Below are positions 36,073-49,789 of a DNA stretch of 64,000 nucleotides, one piece after another. The notes beneath the pieces are model-generated. The model made no database searches, was not told where the DNA came from, and saw nothing but the letters and a program-made list of their open reading frames with translations. The position numbers and the translations under genes were made by a program. Position 1 is the first letter of the stretch, and each line of letters opens with the position of its first letter. Source of the stretch: Carcharhinus amblyrhynchos (lineage: Eukaryota); contig OZ336873.1 of NCBI GenBank assembly GCA_965287045.1, positions 35,340,001 to 35,404,000 on the forward strand, in the 5' to 3' direction.

Positions 36073-39000
36073 GAGTTTGTGATTTAAAGTCAACATTACT
36101 GAAAATGTGAGCAGCATAGTGAACATCTTGGTAAACATAGTGTTTTATCTTTCAGTAAAACAGTCCCGCACTGTTACATAAAAAGACTAGTTTAGTTTCC
36201 TGTAAACCCCCTACCTCTTGTCACTGTACAATAAAAAAACAAATACTAGCTGCCAAGATGGCAGGCGGTGTCAGTAGCAGGGAAAAAAGTGATAGCAAAC
36301 ATAAGATGGGAACTCAAAATGGCAAACCTAGAATGAGAAAGCTTAACTAAACACATATGTACACAAACACTTAAAAAGCAGAAAAAAGGTAGCTGCAGAA
36401 CATATTACAACTAACACTATTTTGGAGTTGATTATATAAACAGAGCTTTGCCATCACAGTTTACAACACCAGAAGGCTAAACCTGTGACACAGCATTTAA
36501 CACCCACTGCCAATTTAATTCCAAATTTTGAATGTTTAAACTGTATAAACTTGGGTATGTATATGTACACTCGACAAAATAAAACAGGATGCAAAATAAT
36601 GTTTGAAGTATACTTCTGAAATTGAAGCGTTTCAAGAGTAAATGTTTATTAGTAAAGCATAAAATACCGACAACAAAAACAAAAAAATTTGAACAACGGT
36701 TCAAATTACTGCTAGGAAAATCCAGGAAGAAACTTTGGGCACTTGAATTGTGCAACAAAACCATTAATAAATATAGTCCAGTGTGCATTACTATGAAATG
36801 TTCTCAAAATATACTTCAAAAACAGGTTTTGCTCAACTTCAAACCATTTACAATAAAAAGTAAATTAGTCAAGTTGTTTTTGATTTGGCACAACCAGTAA
36901 TCTGAATTCAATGAATTCCATTGAGAAAGTTTTAACATTTTTGTTCCTATGAGGAGATTACATCATCCTCTTTCCAAGATGCTACAGTGACCTTCATGTC
37001 AGATCCCACTGGTTTTATTTCACTGGGAGAAACCAAGTTATCCACTTATTGCTCATTCTAAACCTGGTGTATTATCCACCCACATTTCGGACTTTGTTTT
37101 CTCTTTCCATATCCCAACTTATGCATATCCCATTGCCAAAGGTTGGTTTGAAACCTCAGCCAACATTGTTCATTTGCAGAAATGACCCTCATCTCTGAAT
37201 TCATTATGAATTTGAGTGAAATCCACATCACCAACAATTCCTTCCTCAAACTCAATGTTTAAATCAAATTCTGAAGATATGCGTGACCATTCTCTCAACT
37301 TGATCCATCACACATCTGGAACACTGACAGGACTCCCCCCAATCATTTCCCCATCTCATATCTCCAGTATATTTAATTTCTCCAGTGTATTTCAATGCCT
37401 GTTCCAAAGTTCCTCCAACATGATCCACTGACCCCGAGAATAAACTATTCCCCTATTCTCTTATTCATGCCCACATAAAACCTTCCCCAATTTTTGATGA
37501 TACATACTTTTGACATGTTCATCCTCAATAGACCCTTGGTTGATATCTCACTCCCACTGTACTCCAAATCAATAGTCATTTTCTTGCCTTTAAAATAATA
37601 GGTTACAAGATTAAGTGAGCAGAATTATTAATATCCCTATGTTATGGCTTGATTATTTTGTAGTCACTCCTTTTTTTGCAGGCATCTTTGTGAGTAAAAA
37701 CAAAAAGGGTTTCTGCAGAATCACATCTTTCAACCAGTCCCACTTCAACATCATCAAATTGAAGACCATTTACGAGGCTCTCCGTTCTGCTGCTTCTAAT
37801 TCACTTCAACCCCACTTTCTTCAACCCTCAAGGTTCCCTCTTCCCAAAAAAGTTCCAAATTATTTTGTCCCAGTTATCCCGTCATCTCACCTTTCCATTC
37901 CTCACACGAGTCCTTCACTTCACTTGTTCCCTTGACTTGGTCTTGATTTCCCAATGTCCACTTCACTGCTCCAGGTGACATCAGCAACCTGTTTCTATCT
38001 CTCTGATAGGGTCACTAACTCCTTTGAGATGACTGTCAACATCCCCCACACAAAAAAACTATTATCAACACATCCCAAATACTGTTCAATCTCTCTCATT
38101 CCTATTTCAAAGTCCTGTGACATGTTACCATGTCTATAAATTCGTGAGGGACATCCTGGCTTCTTGTTTCTACTGTAAGCTGTCTTCCTAAATCCCTTCC
38201 TTTGTTTTGAGAAGAGTGGGAAGACAAGTGCAAAGAACATGTAGATTTCCTCAGCTGCCTTCCTTAATTCCTATGCTTCATACAGGTTCAAAATTTCTCT
38301 AAGGTTTACCCTGGCCTGGCCCTGAAGTTGCATCTTTCCCTTGCTTCTCTTTTGTGCCCTGAGACACAACTCCCGCTCCCTTGACACTATTCCCACTGGT
38401 GATGACTCTTGGCTGCCATATTAACCAAGACAGTTATTGGTTCTCAGAAACTGTCCCACCCCTCATTGCTCTTCTTCTCCAAACGTGAACCTTTGATCCA
38501 TCCATCCTTGCAAACTATCACCCCATCTGTTTGCAGGAAATCCATTTCCTCACCACAGAAATTGAACATACTGTCGCCTACCAAAGCAATGCCCATCTTA
38601 GCCAGAATTTCATTTCTAAATCCTTCCAATCAGGTTTCTGCCCCTGCCACTGTACCTAATTGGCTCTTACCGAAGATACAAATGACAACCTATCTGATTA
38701 TGACAAAGATAAACTTTCCATCTTCATCCTTCTCATCCTATCTTTGTTAACCACATTGCTGTCCACCAATGTTTTACTGTTTTCTAGCTGGGTGGGACCT
38801 CACCCACCTGGTTGCAATATCTAGTCAAAGCCACTTACAATGACTTCTTTTCCTGCTGCTCCACTGTTAACTCTGGTGCCCCCATGAATCTATCCTGGGC
38901 TCCCTCTCATTTCTCATCTGCATGCTGCCCTCAGCAAAATCATGTAATATATATCAGTTCCATGTTTGCTGATGACAGCCAGCTCTACCTCACCACCACC

Positions 39001-39305
39001 TCTCTCAACCTCTCTACCAGCTCTAAATTGTCACTACCTGTCATCAAACATGCATTACTGGATGAGCAGAACTTTCCTCCAACTAAATGTCGTTAAACCA
39101 AAACAATTGTCTTCACTCCTTGCCACAGACTATTCTCCCTAGCTGCTGACTCCATTCCTCTCCCTGACAACTGTCTGAGGCAAAATAAAGGGAGCTTATA
39201 ACCTGGGTACCATATTTGACTCTAAGGTCAGCCTCAAACCCACATATCCACGTCATCAATAAGGCTGCCTATTATGACTTCCATAATATCAACTGACTCC
39301 AAAGT

Positions 39306-39600
39306 TGGCACTGTGGCAAGCACTGCTGCCTCACAGCACCAGGGACCTGGGTTCAATTCCCAGCTTGGGTCGCTATCTGTGCAGAGTCTGGACATTCTCT
39401 CTGAGTCTGCATGGGTTTCCTCCGGGTGCTCTGGTTTCCTCCCACAGTCTGAAAGATGTGGTTAGATGCATTAGCCATGCATACACTGGTTCCCTAGTCT
39501 ACCTGAACAGGCATTGGAGTGTGGCAACTAGGGGATTTTCACAGTAACTTCATTGCAGTATTAATGTAAACCTACTTGTGACACTAATAAATAAATAAAC
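39306..39600 (+). mobile_element. HE1-like V-SINE with the alternative (Rex1-like) tail
   Basis: Tail GTAAACCTACTTGTGACACTAATAAATAAATAAAC. Confidence 0.88.
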
Positions 39601-39859
39601 ATTTGCCTTATTTTATCTGCTGTTGAAACCCTCATCCACGCATTTGTTAATTCTAGACTTAAATATTCCAATGTTCATCTGGCTCGCTTCTCACATTCCA
39701 CTCTCCGTGTCCTGAGTCACACTCAGCCATATTTACCCAACATCTACCTGCTTACTCACTTGTGCAGGCTGCCAGTTAAGCACACCTTGATTTTAAAATT
39801 TTAATCTTTGTTTTCACATCCCTCGAAGGCCTCATCGCTCCTGAACTCTGTAACCCCCT

Positions 39860-40655
39860 GTTACTGTTACTCCCCTTGTAGAGACTGATGACTTGAATGG
39901 AAAATAGACCACTGGACAAGATTTCACTTTTTAAAACTTTTACTGTAACGAGCCAACTAAAATCAACATCACTCAAATGTTAACAGGCAAATAATATTTC
40001 AAGTAGAAATCTAAATTTTACTTTAAACAAACAATACAATAACACTACACCTCATGTTATAAGCATTAACACCACTTACCACACAAATCTGGAATCGCAT
40101 GCTATCTCAGAAGCTTCCAACTAAGTTTGTGGCATGCAGGATCTCTCTCTCTCCGTCTAGCTGATTCCACTCAAGTCACTTTCACCAGCAGCCATATTCT
40201 ATCCAACACCCATATAGAGCCTCCTTAGCTAGGTTCACAACAGTCTTGATCACAGAGATTTAACAAGGAGTTCTAACTCTGAAATGGTCTAGTTGGCTCT
40301 GGCGAAACTGAAACAGCAACAATGGGGTCTTGTCTAACCCATAGTCATTCCTTCCCTTGTGTGCAGCTCTCTGTCCTTAACAACTGTATTCCACACACTG
40401 TAACACAGTCCCTGCTCTCTTCATAGTGTTTTATCTTTGCTTCAACACCAAGCTCGGTTCTGAAATCAGTTGAAATTTGATCTCCACTATTTCCACTTCG
40501 CCTCTTAGTTTTCGTCCCCATAACAGCCTCAGGCCTGACATTTCTTGGGACAATGTTCAAAAACATCTTTTTCAGAATATACCACAGTTTCACTCTGGAA
40601 TTAAAGCGACCTTTTCAAAAAAAAAGTATTTCCCCAAAGCACAAAGTTCATCACA
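39860..40655. mobile_element. Possible solo-LTR-like insertion(s) inside L2
   Basis: Non-L2 sequence interrupts collinear L2. TGTTA/TGTAAC starts at ~39860 and 39944; TAACA/TCACA ends at 40525 and ~40655. No clean TSD. Confidence 0.3.
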
Positions 40656-41269
40656 TGTCAAACCTCTTGAAATAATTGGCCTCCATTTCTGACCTGTTGA
40701 CCATCCATGTCTTTAATTACTCCATGACTGGTAACAATGCCTTCAATTCAAATTCCCTCCCAAAACTCTCATCTTCTCCACATCTCTTTAATTGTTCAAG
40801 ATGTTTTTAAAATTTATATCTTTGACCAAGCTGTTGGTCATCTGCCTTAACATCTCCTTTCAACAAAGCATCAAATGTTGTTTGCTATTACTCCTGCAAA
40901 ATGGCTTGGGACATTTTGCTATGTTAAAGGTGCTATTTAAAAACAAGTTGTTGTTGTTGTTGTTTAGCTGTGCAGTTTACTTGCCCCTGAAATAAACAGG
41001 GGAATCATGGTATGTGACTAACTTGTGCCCTTTTATTGCAATGCAGGCAGGATGCCAACTTCATGCTGCCTGCTCAGTTAAATGATCTCTGCGTCCAACC
41101 AGCACTTACCATGCTGTTCACTGGCTGGATACCTCAGCAGGCGGCTAATATCATGAGTGGCTAACTCCACTTAAAGATAGCCTGCACCTTCTAAAGGGAA
41201 GAATAATACTGTACAGGTACTGCACCTGTACAATATTGCAGCAGGTGCTGGAGTCATGATCGACCTGAG

Positions 41270-43530
41270 AAAATAAGGAATGGATCAACTAGGCAGAGAT
41301 TAGACTCCAAAGATTTTGGGTGCTACAAAAGAGATCTTGATACAAGGGGTGGAAAAGAAGAGAGGTATTCTGAATCTGCAGCAGGGAAGCAGGCCTTCTG
41401 GATACATGGTCAAAATGTAGTGGAAGCTAGCTCAAGTCCTGAACGACTAAGATGGAGTGCCAGAAACAGGTCCAAGGCCTCATAAATGGTTAAAAGTTTA
41501 ATTGTCATTGCTTACCAACTGCACCATTAAACTCAACCATTGCTCAAATCATCAAGCCCCCATCACACACTTACCAACAATCTTGATTAATCAGGCCCCA
41601 TACCTAATGCTCCTAAGCTTCATCTCATCACACACTTGACACTGCTGCAGGACCGATGCTCACATCTCTCAGACTGCACACACTGCAGCCCAAAGACAGC
41701 CACATCATCATAACATTCAGTGATACACTTCCTCTCTCTTACAGGACTTGGTGGCACAAAACTGGAGGAAATGCAGGAACTAACCAGAAGGGAACCTAGG
41801 AAAAATGCCTGGGTGTCCAAACCTGTGTGTTCACTATTACTGGAGCAGCCATTGCTAAGTGTTTGGCCAGGGGTCTAGATAAATCTACTGAAGATGGCCA
41901 CACTCTCATTCCTAATGCAGGTGAGAGATTGAGGAGCTCTGAGCTGCAGAGGGATCTGGGTGTCCTACAGCATGAATCACAAAAGGCTAGTATAGAGATA
42001 CAGCAAGTAATTAGGAAAACTAATAGGATGTTATAGTTTATTGCGAGGGGAATTGATAAAAATGTTAGCAGGTTATGCTTCAGTTGTACAGCATACTGGT
42101 GACCACAGCTGGAGTTCTGAGTACAATATTGGTCACCTTATTTAAGAAAAAGTGTAAATGCATTAGGAGCAGTTCAGAGAAGATACACTAACCTAATTTC
42201 AGGAATGGCAAGTTGCTTTATGAGGAAAGGTTGGAGGGATTAAGTTTGTACCCACTAGGGTCTAGAAGTGTAAGAGATGACTTGATCGAAACTTTCAAGA
42301 CCCTGAGGGGTACTGACAGGGTGGATTTGGAGAGAATCCTTCCTTATGTCAGGGATTCTAGAACTCTGGGTCACTGTTTAAAAATAAAAAGCCACTCATT
42401 TAAGACAGAGATGAGGAGAATTTTTTCTAAGGGTTGTAAGTTTCTGTAACTCTCTTCCTCGAAAGACAGTGAAAGCAGAGTCTGCATATTTCTTAAGGCA
42501 GAGCTAGATAAAATTCTTGATTAACAAGAGGGTGAAGGCTATCATGGTTACGCTGGAATATAAGGTTGAGGTTACAATCAGATCAGCCATGATCGTATTG
42601 AATGGCAGAGCAGGCTCAAGGGGCTAAGTGGCCTAATCTTGCTCCTAATTTGTATGTTCATATTTTCTCCGCATCCCACTCCTTCCTCATCTGCCACTCA
42701 CTTCTGATTTAAATGATGCAGGCACCTCTTACATTCAATCCCTTCACATACTACTATCTTATCTTGGGCTTCTTTTTCGTTCAGATACCAAAGGAACACT
42801 AGTTAGTCAGGAATTGGAGGAACACCACAAAAAATAGTGGGATTAAGTCAAAGCACCACCACTTGATTTCACATTCACAGTCATCAGTTCAAATACTAGC
42901 ACTGGATGTAACTTGGAGGATAGGTTGGAAGCGGGATCTGGTGAAGCATGGGTACAAGTGGCTGACAGCTAGGATAGGACAGGTGCCAGCTTGCCAAGAT
43001 CGTACACCAGTTCTCCTGTAATAAATTGAGAAGAGCAGTTGACAGAAGAACAATGGTGGGCATGCATGCCAAAATGCTTGTTACATTGGGAAGCATTCCA
43101 GAAATCCTGGAGTTAATGATAAGGAGCTTTAAGGAAGCAGGAATGAAATTTACACAGGAATTTGCAGAGCTTGGAGTCCATCCCTTCCAGCATTGGAGAG
43201 ATGTCCAACTCCGTTCACACATTTGTGAACCCAACAAAAATGCAGAACATGATGCCACTTTCATTGCAGCATAAGCAGCAACCTACCCAACATCTGGGTG
43301 TTGCAGTGCAATTGCTGACAGGTGCTAAGGAACTTGAGTTTACTACCTTACAAGCTCAGACTCCTGCCATCATGACTGCAGATTACAGACTGCAAACTTT
43401 ATTCAGGATGTCACAGCAGTCCAGCAATCTGTCCTCCAGAAATTAGTAGAATTGGTAAGGTGCCACCCAGGGACTGTGCAATGGTATCATCGAGCAAGAA
43501 CCTGCTAAATGTTCTCAGGTGACAACATTT
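41270..43530 (+). mobile_element. Decayed Harbinger Myb/SANT-like gene region, interrupted by CR1 (41920-42662)
   Basis: EILIQGVEKKRGIL..GSRP Myb-like start. 43130-43430 is homologous to the reverse complement of 57375-57700, which adjoins a Harbinger transposase relic. Confidence 0.55.
41920..42662 (+). mobile_element. CR1/HER1-like LINE 3' end
   Basis: LQRDLGVL and YEERLEGLSLYPL..RDDLIETFKTLRGTDRVD peptides. Tail GGGCTAAGTGGCCTAATCTTGCTCCTAATTTGTATG. Confidence 0.9.
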
Positions 43531-43547
43531 CTGCTCCCACATTGAAC

Positions 43548-43650
43548 CAAAGAATCCTGACAGTGCAAAAGGAGGCCATTCAGCCCATTGTGTCTGCACC
43601 GACTCTGAAAGAGCATCTTACACAGTCCCACCCGTACCCCACCTTTGTCT
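43548..43650 (-). mobile_element. HE1/HER1 3'-tail fragment
   Basis: AGAATCCTGACAGTGCAAAAGGAGGCCATTCAGCCC. Confidence 0.7.
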
Positions 43651-43864
43651 CAGTGGAAAAAAAGGCCCTCACTCTTCACACCCTCCAAATACTCCCCATG
43701 CCACCTCATGCCCCCCGCTACTCTCTATGTCCCCTCCTGTCATCTTCCTGAAAGCAGGTAGGGACCTCAGATCGGAGTAAGGAGAGCTTAAAGATCTCTG
43801 TGAGTATTCCCATACGCTAGCCGGTGCAGGATCTGAGTGCTCATCAGGGTACCCCAACCAAGCC

Positions 43865-44065
43865 CATTGCTTTCCATGGGTTAATGCCCAAGGTGGCTGA
43901 TCTGAGTCGGTGACTCAGATGGTGTCTCCATTTGAGTCGGTGGTGAACTTGGATACTGGTTCAACTGAGGCTCCCAGTGCAGGTGCTGTCTTCTCACTAA
44001 CCTTGTGTTCAAAACAAGCATAGAATGCACTGAGCTCATCGAGGAGCGGTATATAGGTGGTAGCA
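43865..44065 (-). mobile_element. Rex1 internal fragment
   Basis: LLDELSAFYACFE, homologous to [13 protein letters not shown] at ~11200. Confidence 0.7.
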
Positions 44066-44069
44066 ATTC

Positions 44070-45105
44070 TACTAAGCAAAGAAGGAGCTCTCCTAGCGTT
44101 CTTATAGCTGTCTGGGCTCTTATTTAAGCATACATAATAAGACTTGGCCAAAAGCTCTTCACCGCAGACGAAACATTGATCTTGGGGTCAATTCCATGAA
44201 TTAACATAAAAAACTCGCATATTGGGGTCGATTCTCCTAGTCCACTGCATGCAACAGGCCGGGAGACATCAGCGGAAGCCATTTAGCAGGCTTCTTGCTG
44301 GTTGCCACAGTCTCCATGCATCTCAAAGCTTTTTGGGAGTCATCAGCTCCGCACCATAAATTGGCACAGTGGGGTTTATTACTGCTCCCCATGAACAGGG
44401 AACAGGTGGCCTACCCTGCTGGAGAGGCCATGGAGGCGCCCCAGGAAATTGGAGGTGGGGGGCGGGGAGGGGGAGAGAGAGAGAGAGAGAGAGGAGGTGG
44501 TGTGCTTCCTGGGCAGTACCAGCCTGGTCCCCTGACAAAATACCCAAGGGGAAAACTAGCAATGGCCACCAGACATCAGGCAGTGCCAAGAGGGCAGGGC
44601 CAGAGGGGAAAGAGGCTATTACAGGGGCCAACAGTGGGACTGATGGGTCCCACTGCTACTCTGCACAGGGATTGGTGGCAGAGGGAGGGAAGGGGGTGAT
44701 TGGGGCTGGCCATCCGGGTTGGAGGGGAGGGGGGGGTGTTTTGTCAGAGACATCAGTGTTGGCTTGGAGAGGTCCGGGAGGCCAGCGATTGAGGGGTGGG
44801 CATTCGGGGGGCAGCGATGCAGATTGCAGAGGTAACCAGCGACTGGGAGGCTGGCAATGTGGGGCCACTGTGCATGCGCCAGTCTTGGCGCTGACAGACT
44901 GGTGCATGCACAGTGGCCTGCTCAGCACTATGCTGCCAGCCTCTCCAATGAGAATAGGTCCTGCCCCCTGATTTTCAGTGTGAATCGCTCTCGGGCACTA
45001 GAATATGGGTGATTAATTCTGAAAATCTCACTAAAAAATTCGATGAGAATTACTCCAATTTTCACGTGAATTCAGCACTTAGAATTTTTTATTGAATCGT
45101 CCCCA
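44070..45105. mobile_element. GC-rich non-autonomous DNA-transposon (Harbinger-like) relic with a (GA)n tract at ~44473-44492
   Basis: Right end TTGAATCGTCCC resembles the GGG..GATT termini of the other MITEs. The interior is G-rich and non-coding. Confidence 0.45.
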
Positions 45106-45816
45106 TTGTAGCTCATTGAGGTACAGGTAGGAAAATTATTCCTTGAACACCCAAGGCATTCTGAATCCTGCTCCTCAGCAGCAGCCTGCTCTACTCTTTA
45201 TGGTCTCTGTTCATTTTTGTAGACATGGTGCATTAGTTAGTGGGCACTCCCTTAAAATACAGCAATAATGAGAGAACCGTATAGAAAGCACCCTTGTAGA
45301 ATCGTAGCAACAGCCAAAACAAAATCAATCAGTAACTAACCTTGCAGATTGTGGAATATCCCTTCAAATAGTGGTATTGGTGGGTTAGTTTTTTCTGCTG
45401 CTGAACCTGTGTTCAGTTATACGTGCTTATGAGAATCCTTTGGCTGGAATGTTGTGCTCCAAAATGGCAGCGCTAATGTCAAATCAGAAAGTCATGATCT
45501 GTCGGCAAAGCATTGCTTACAATGGATTTTCACTGTAAACTACATCAATATGACACACGGTGCTATTTGTACTATGTGTGTATGCCCATGCCCTGTGGGT
45601 GCCTTTCTGGACACCTAAGGGTCTGCATCATGTGCAAAGAACAGACGCCAATGACCCCAAATTTCTCACTTGTACCTCTCCTCATCCACCCGAACCTCCC
45701 AATTTCCTTCAATACAGTTTAATATTCCATTCTTCTCTGTGTCTCTTCTTTGAAATTCACCTCTGACATTAGTCACTCATGAATTCGTTGTGCCCCCATC
45801 CTAAAATAGATATTAT

Positions 45817-45990
45817 GGGGCAGATTTTCACTTTGGGCAAGAAGGTGATGAATTGGGATTGCTCACACGACTTAGGTTCCGGGTGATTTTTCACTTACTT
45901 CAATTGAAATGAAAATCTTGTGGGTTCCAGGATATGCAGGCAATCCATACTGTTGCATTTACTGTGCAAGGGTCAATGAAAATTATTCCC
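45817..45990. mobile_element. Harbinger-type MITE relic
   Basis: Imperfect TIRs GGGGCAGATTTTCA ... TGAAAATTATTCCC. Confidence 0.45.
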
Positions 45991-46719
45991 TACATTGTTG
46001 CTACAGGTCACAAATGCTTGGTCCACAAAATACTCTTTTCCCTTGACAGATGCACCATGTCAACAGGAGCATCATTCATTTAGTCCACTGCAGAACTGTC
46101 ATGTTAGGTGGCTGTCATGCACAGTTAAGCAGAGCATTGGACATGCAGTGTGACTGCAGAAAATGAAACAGAATAAAAACTCAACAAAAATACATGCCAT
46201 GGAACAAAAGACTATGTGAAAGTCTATGTGATAGAATGCAAGATCTGTTACATATTTGTTAGCACTGAAGTAATGTAACTCTGGAATTATTTTAATTAAA
46301 AGAACCAGGATTTTTCCAAATGCATGGCCCTAGATAAGAGTTGTTCTTCGCTGGCAACATTTTGAAAAATATTCACAGGGTACAATATACATGATGTAGC
46401 TGGTAGTGGATAAGCTTTATTAATTGGTTAAGTTATTGCAATCCTGGAGTCTAATTCCAGGGAGGGATTGAGTGCTGATAAGGTGCATTATGTATTTGCC
46501 TTTTGCGCCAATATCTTCTGAGATAGGTTACCACTTTGACATTTCTTCTGTGCAGCAATATGCCAGAAAAGAGTATGGCAACTGTTTTTGAATGTCAACT
46601 TCAGAAGCTTTTTAAAAACAGTTTGATTGGTAGCAACATTAAGATACTTCATAATATTTTGTTTTCCTCTATGTTTTCCAAACAAGGATGGATACTCAGC
46701 AAACAAACATATCAAGTTA

Positions 46720-47540
46720 GTAGAGATAAATTTGGGTGTTGCCACCATACATGTGGAAGCTGAACTCATGTGTGCAAATTATGTTGCCAAGGGCAGCATG
46801 TAGATGAGGAAGAAGAAAAGGCTGAGGACAGATCCTTGAGAGAGACCAGAAGTAATGGCTTGGGGCAGGAAGAGAAACGATGGCTGCGAGGTACATCACA
46901 AATGTTAGACAAAGTAAGAGTGGAACCAAGCGATGGCAAATCCACTGAGCTGAACAACACAAGAGGAAATGGTGGTAGCGGAAGGTGTAGTGTGATTAAC
47001 TATGTTGAGAGGTTATGCAAGGATTTGGGGGGGAGATAGTGGCACAGTGCTATTATCACTAGACTCGTAACCCAGAGGCCCAGGCTAATGCTCTGGGAAC
47101 AGCACAGCAGCAGTTGGTGAAAGTTAAATTCAGTTAATAAATCTGGCATACGAAGCTGATCTCAGTAAAAATCCATCTGGTTCACTAATTCCCTGCAAGG
47201 AAGGAAATCTTCCATCCTTACCAGGCCTGGCCTATGTGTGACTCCAGACCCCCAGCAATGTGGTTGACTCTTAACTGCCCTCTGAAATGGTCTAGCAAGC
47301 CACTCAGTTTGGGGGCAATTAGGAATGCTAATCTCGCCAGCAGCACCTACATCCTGTGAAAGAATAAAAAGAAACAAATCTAACACACCACGGTCACAGC
47401 CACAAGGATGTTATTTATGACTTTGATTTGGGCTGTTTCACTGTTGTGGCAGGGGCAGCAACTTGATTGAAGAGAGTTAAGCATGGCACCGTAGGAAAAA
47501 CGAGCATAGATCCGGGAAGCAATATCATAAGTAAACACTT
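46720..47540 (-). mobile_element. L2 RT fragments interrupted by a SINE
   Basis: ALGNIICTHEFSFHMYGGNTQIYL, a decayed YADDTQLY context. Confidence 0.65.
47030..47375 (+). mobile_element. tRNA-derived SINE, a second family distinct from HE1
   Basis: Head GGAGATAGTGGCACAGTGCTATTATCACTAGAC. Tail GGGCAATTAGG..GCCAGCAGCACCTACATCCTGTGAAAGAATAAAAA resembles the LINE tail at 6415-6585. Confidence 0.75.
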
Positions 47541-49789
47541 CAAGTCAGCAGTACTCAGTTAAATGAAAAAAAGTTACAAAAATGTTTGTACAAAAAAATT
47601 AAACGACGGGTTACTTTAATCATAACCTGCAATTATTCAATGTCAAGTGGCAACAACACTGAAGCTCAGGACAGATTTTTCAATTCCTGCATAATACCAT
47701 TGAGTCAACTGGATGCACTGAATAAAGGAAAATGAGACAGAAGGAACACACTCCCCTAATGGAGCTCAGCCAATCTTTTGTCCATTAATTTAAATGAATG
47801 AAAAACTGGGTGGCCTCCTAGACAGCCATGTACTCCTGGCTTATCCAATTTTCCTCTATTCAATGGATCCAGATAGCCCTAGACATAGGAAAATAGGAGC
47901 CCCGATATTTAACCTGCCTAAATGTCTGCACCAGAATGAAATATAAAGTATAGCACTAATTTGTGTTTATTCTGAGAATTTTAAAAAATCAATTACAAGA
48001 TTCCTTTAAATTCCCTATTGATATTTTGAGATTGGGATTTTAAAATAAAATCATTTTGGTGTGTGATATAAATGAGTTTAAGATTTTTTTCCTCAATAAT
48101 GAAGGGATACATTATGTGGTGTATTTTTAACGACTGTATGATGGTCTTCATTTTAAGTCTGTGTAAGTTTCTGCAATTGACATCAAAATCCATAATGCTT
48201 CTCCTACATCCAAGATGTTTGAACAATGTTTAAAAGTTGTACATTGAACTTAAAGCCACTTTCAACAAAAGCACTAAAACTCAGTGAAAAAACACCATTG
48301 AAATAATCTTTATCAGACGATGTACATAGAGATCTAAATTTAAGCTCCACCTGCTGCATAGCCATACAGGCCTCACTACAGTCTAGTGCTAATCTGTCTT
48401 GTTATCCCGTTTACATAGTGCCATTCTTTTTCAGCATCAGTGTCAAAAGATAATCAAACTGCCAAATGGCCTTTTTGAGCGAGGATGCTTTATGCAGATA
48501 AAAAAGGAACGAGGTCTATCGACACAAAGAATTTGCTGGCTATGCTTTGTTCTGTATTTTTAATTTTTTTCAAGATGCAAAGGGCATGAAATTGCAATTT
48601 GTACTGCCAGTTGTTTGGGTGCTATGAGGGCTGTTTGGGGACCAAAACTGGGTCAGATACATATGCGCACTTTTTCTGCAAATCATGCAAGTTCTCCCTT
48701 TGGTAAAGAACAAAGACGTCTTTTACCATGTCTGAAGCAAGTATTAGTCCATTTGCATATGCAAATAGGAGACCTAATGTCTGGTTGTGGTCCTGCTGGC
48801 AACTTTGGTTTACCCTGAGGCAACTAGTGCTGGTATTGATTACCTCTGCAAAGACCAATCTGACAGTACACCCCAGTCCCTCAACAGTACTCCCTGAGGT
48901 CTGCCATCTTCCAATGTGGTCCCTCCAAAAGCACTCCCAAGGCTTGCAATCTTCACATCCAATCCTTTGCCCATATGCAATTCCTCACTCTGAAGCCTAC
49001 CTAGCTCTCCTCCAGACCCCCCACAATCCAAGTCAATCACTCACCTGAAAACTGGAGCAGTAACCTGTGTGGGCTACCACCAGTTTTGTGGTAAGGTCTG
49101 AGACCCAAAATCTGGGGTTCCATGTACCTCCCCATTTGAGTGCACACGGTTAACACTGCAGGTAAGGCAGCCAAATATGGGCCAATATGCTACCAAAGAA
49201 AAATACCTTCTGCACAAATATAAGCAGCACTGAAATAATTTAGGATGCAGTAAATTAAATCAGCAGCTATTAGCCTTGTTTCTTACCTCTTCGATAGTAC
49301 CTTGCATATATTATTTTGAATCATCTGCAGTTAATACTAGCCAACCAGTTCTTTGAAGCTTCTTACTATCTACATGTCCCAATATATAGACATGAGTATT
49401 TTTTCATTAAAGAGAATGCAAACCACTGACTATATAGCATGTTTTACTGCCTAATTTAGTAATCATAAATTGCCCATTCTTTATGTCGTGTGGATACTCT
49501 TTATCAAACTGACTTTTTTCATTTACAATCTTACAGCATTTACACAAAGTAATTATGCAAAGTAAAATCTTATTTTGTCATGTTTCTGTTCTTAATTTTT
49601 AGCATCTTATTTGTGCTGGTAACAACATTAATGAAAGAGTTAGATATTAAAATAGATGTGAGCAGAGGATTACATCCTGGTATCGTGTTGCAAAAAGGTG
49701 GAGAACTCACATTGCAAACTTTCATAATGCAATTATTTTGAAATATAAAGTACTTTTCATTTGAGTTTTTTGAATATCTTTTTTTAGCC

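Larger units (their letters stand above)
38500..40965 (+). mobile_element. L2-clade LINE RT to 3' end, interrupted by a SINE (39306-39600) and an unrelated insert (~39860-40655)
   Basis: QSGFCPCH..ALTEDTND, FADDSQLYL and DFKILI remnants. (GTT)n tail at ~40947-40965. Confidence 0.82.

Noticed and set aside
44369-44971. Longest ORF in the track (200 aa, Gly/Arg/Trp-rich)
   Set aside because: It lies in a GC-rich transposon relic with a (GA)n tract, has overlapping ORFs in several frames, starts at a non-ATG codon and has no domain. It is a compositional artefact.
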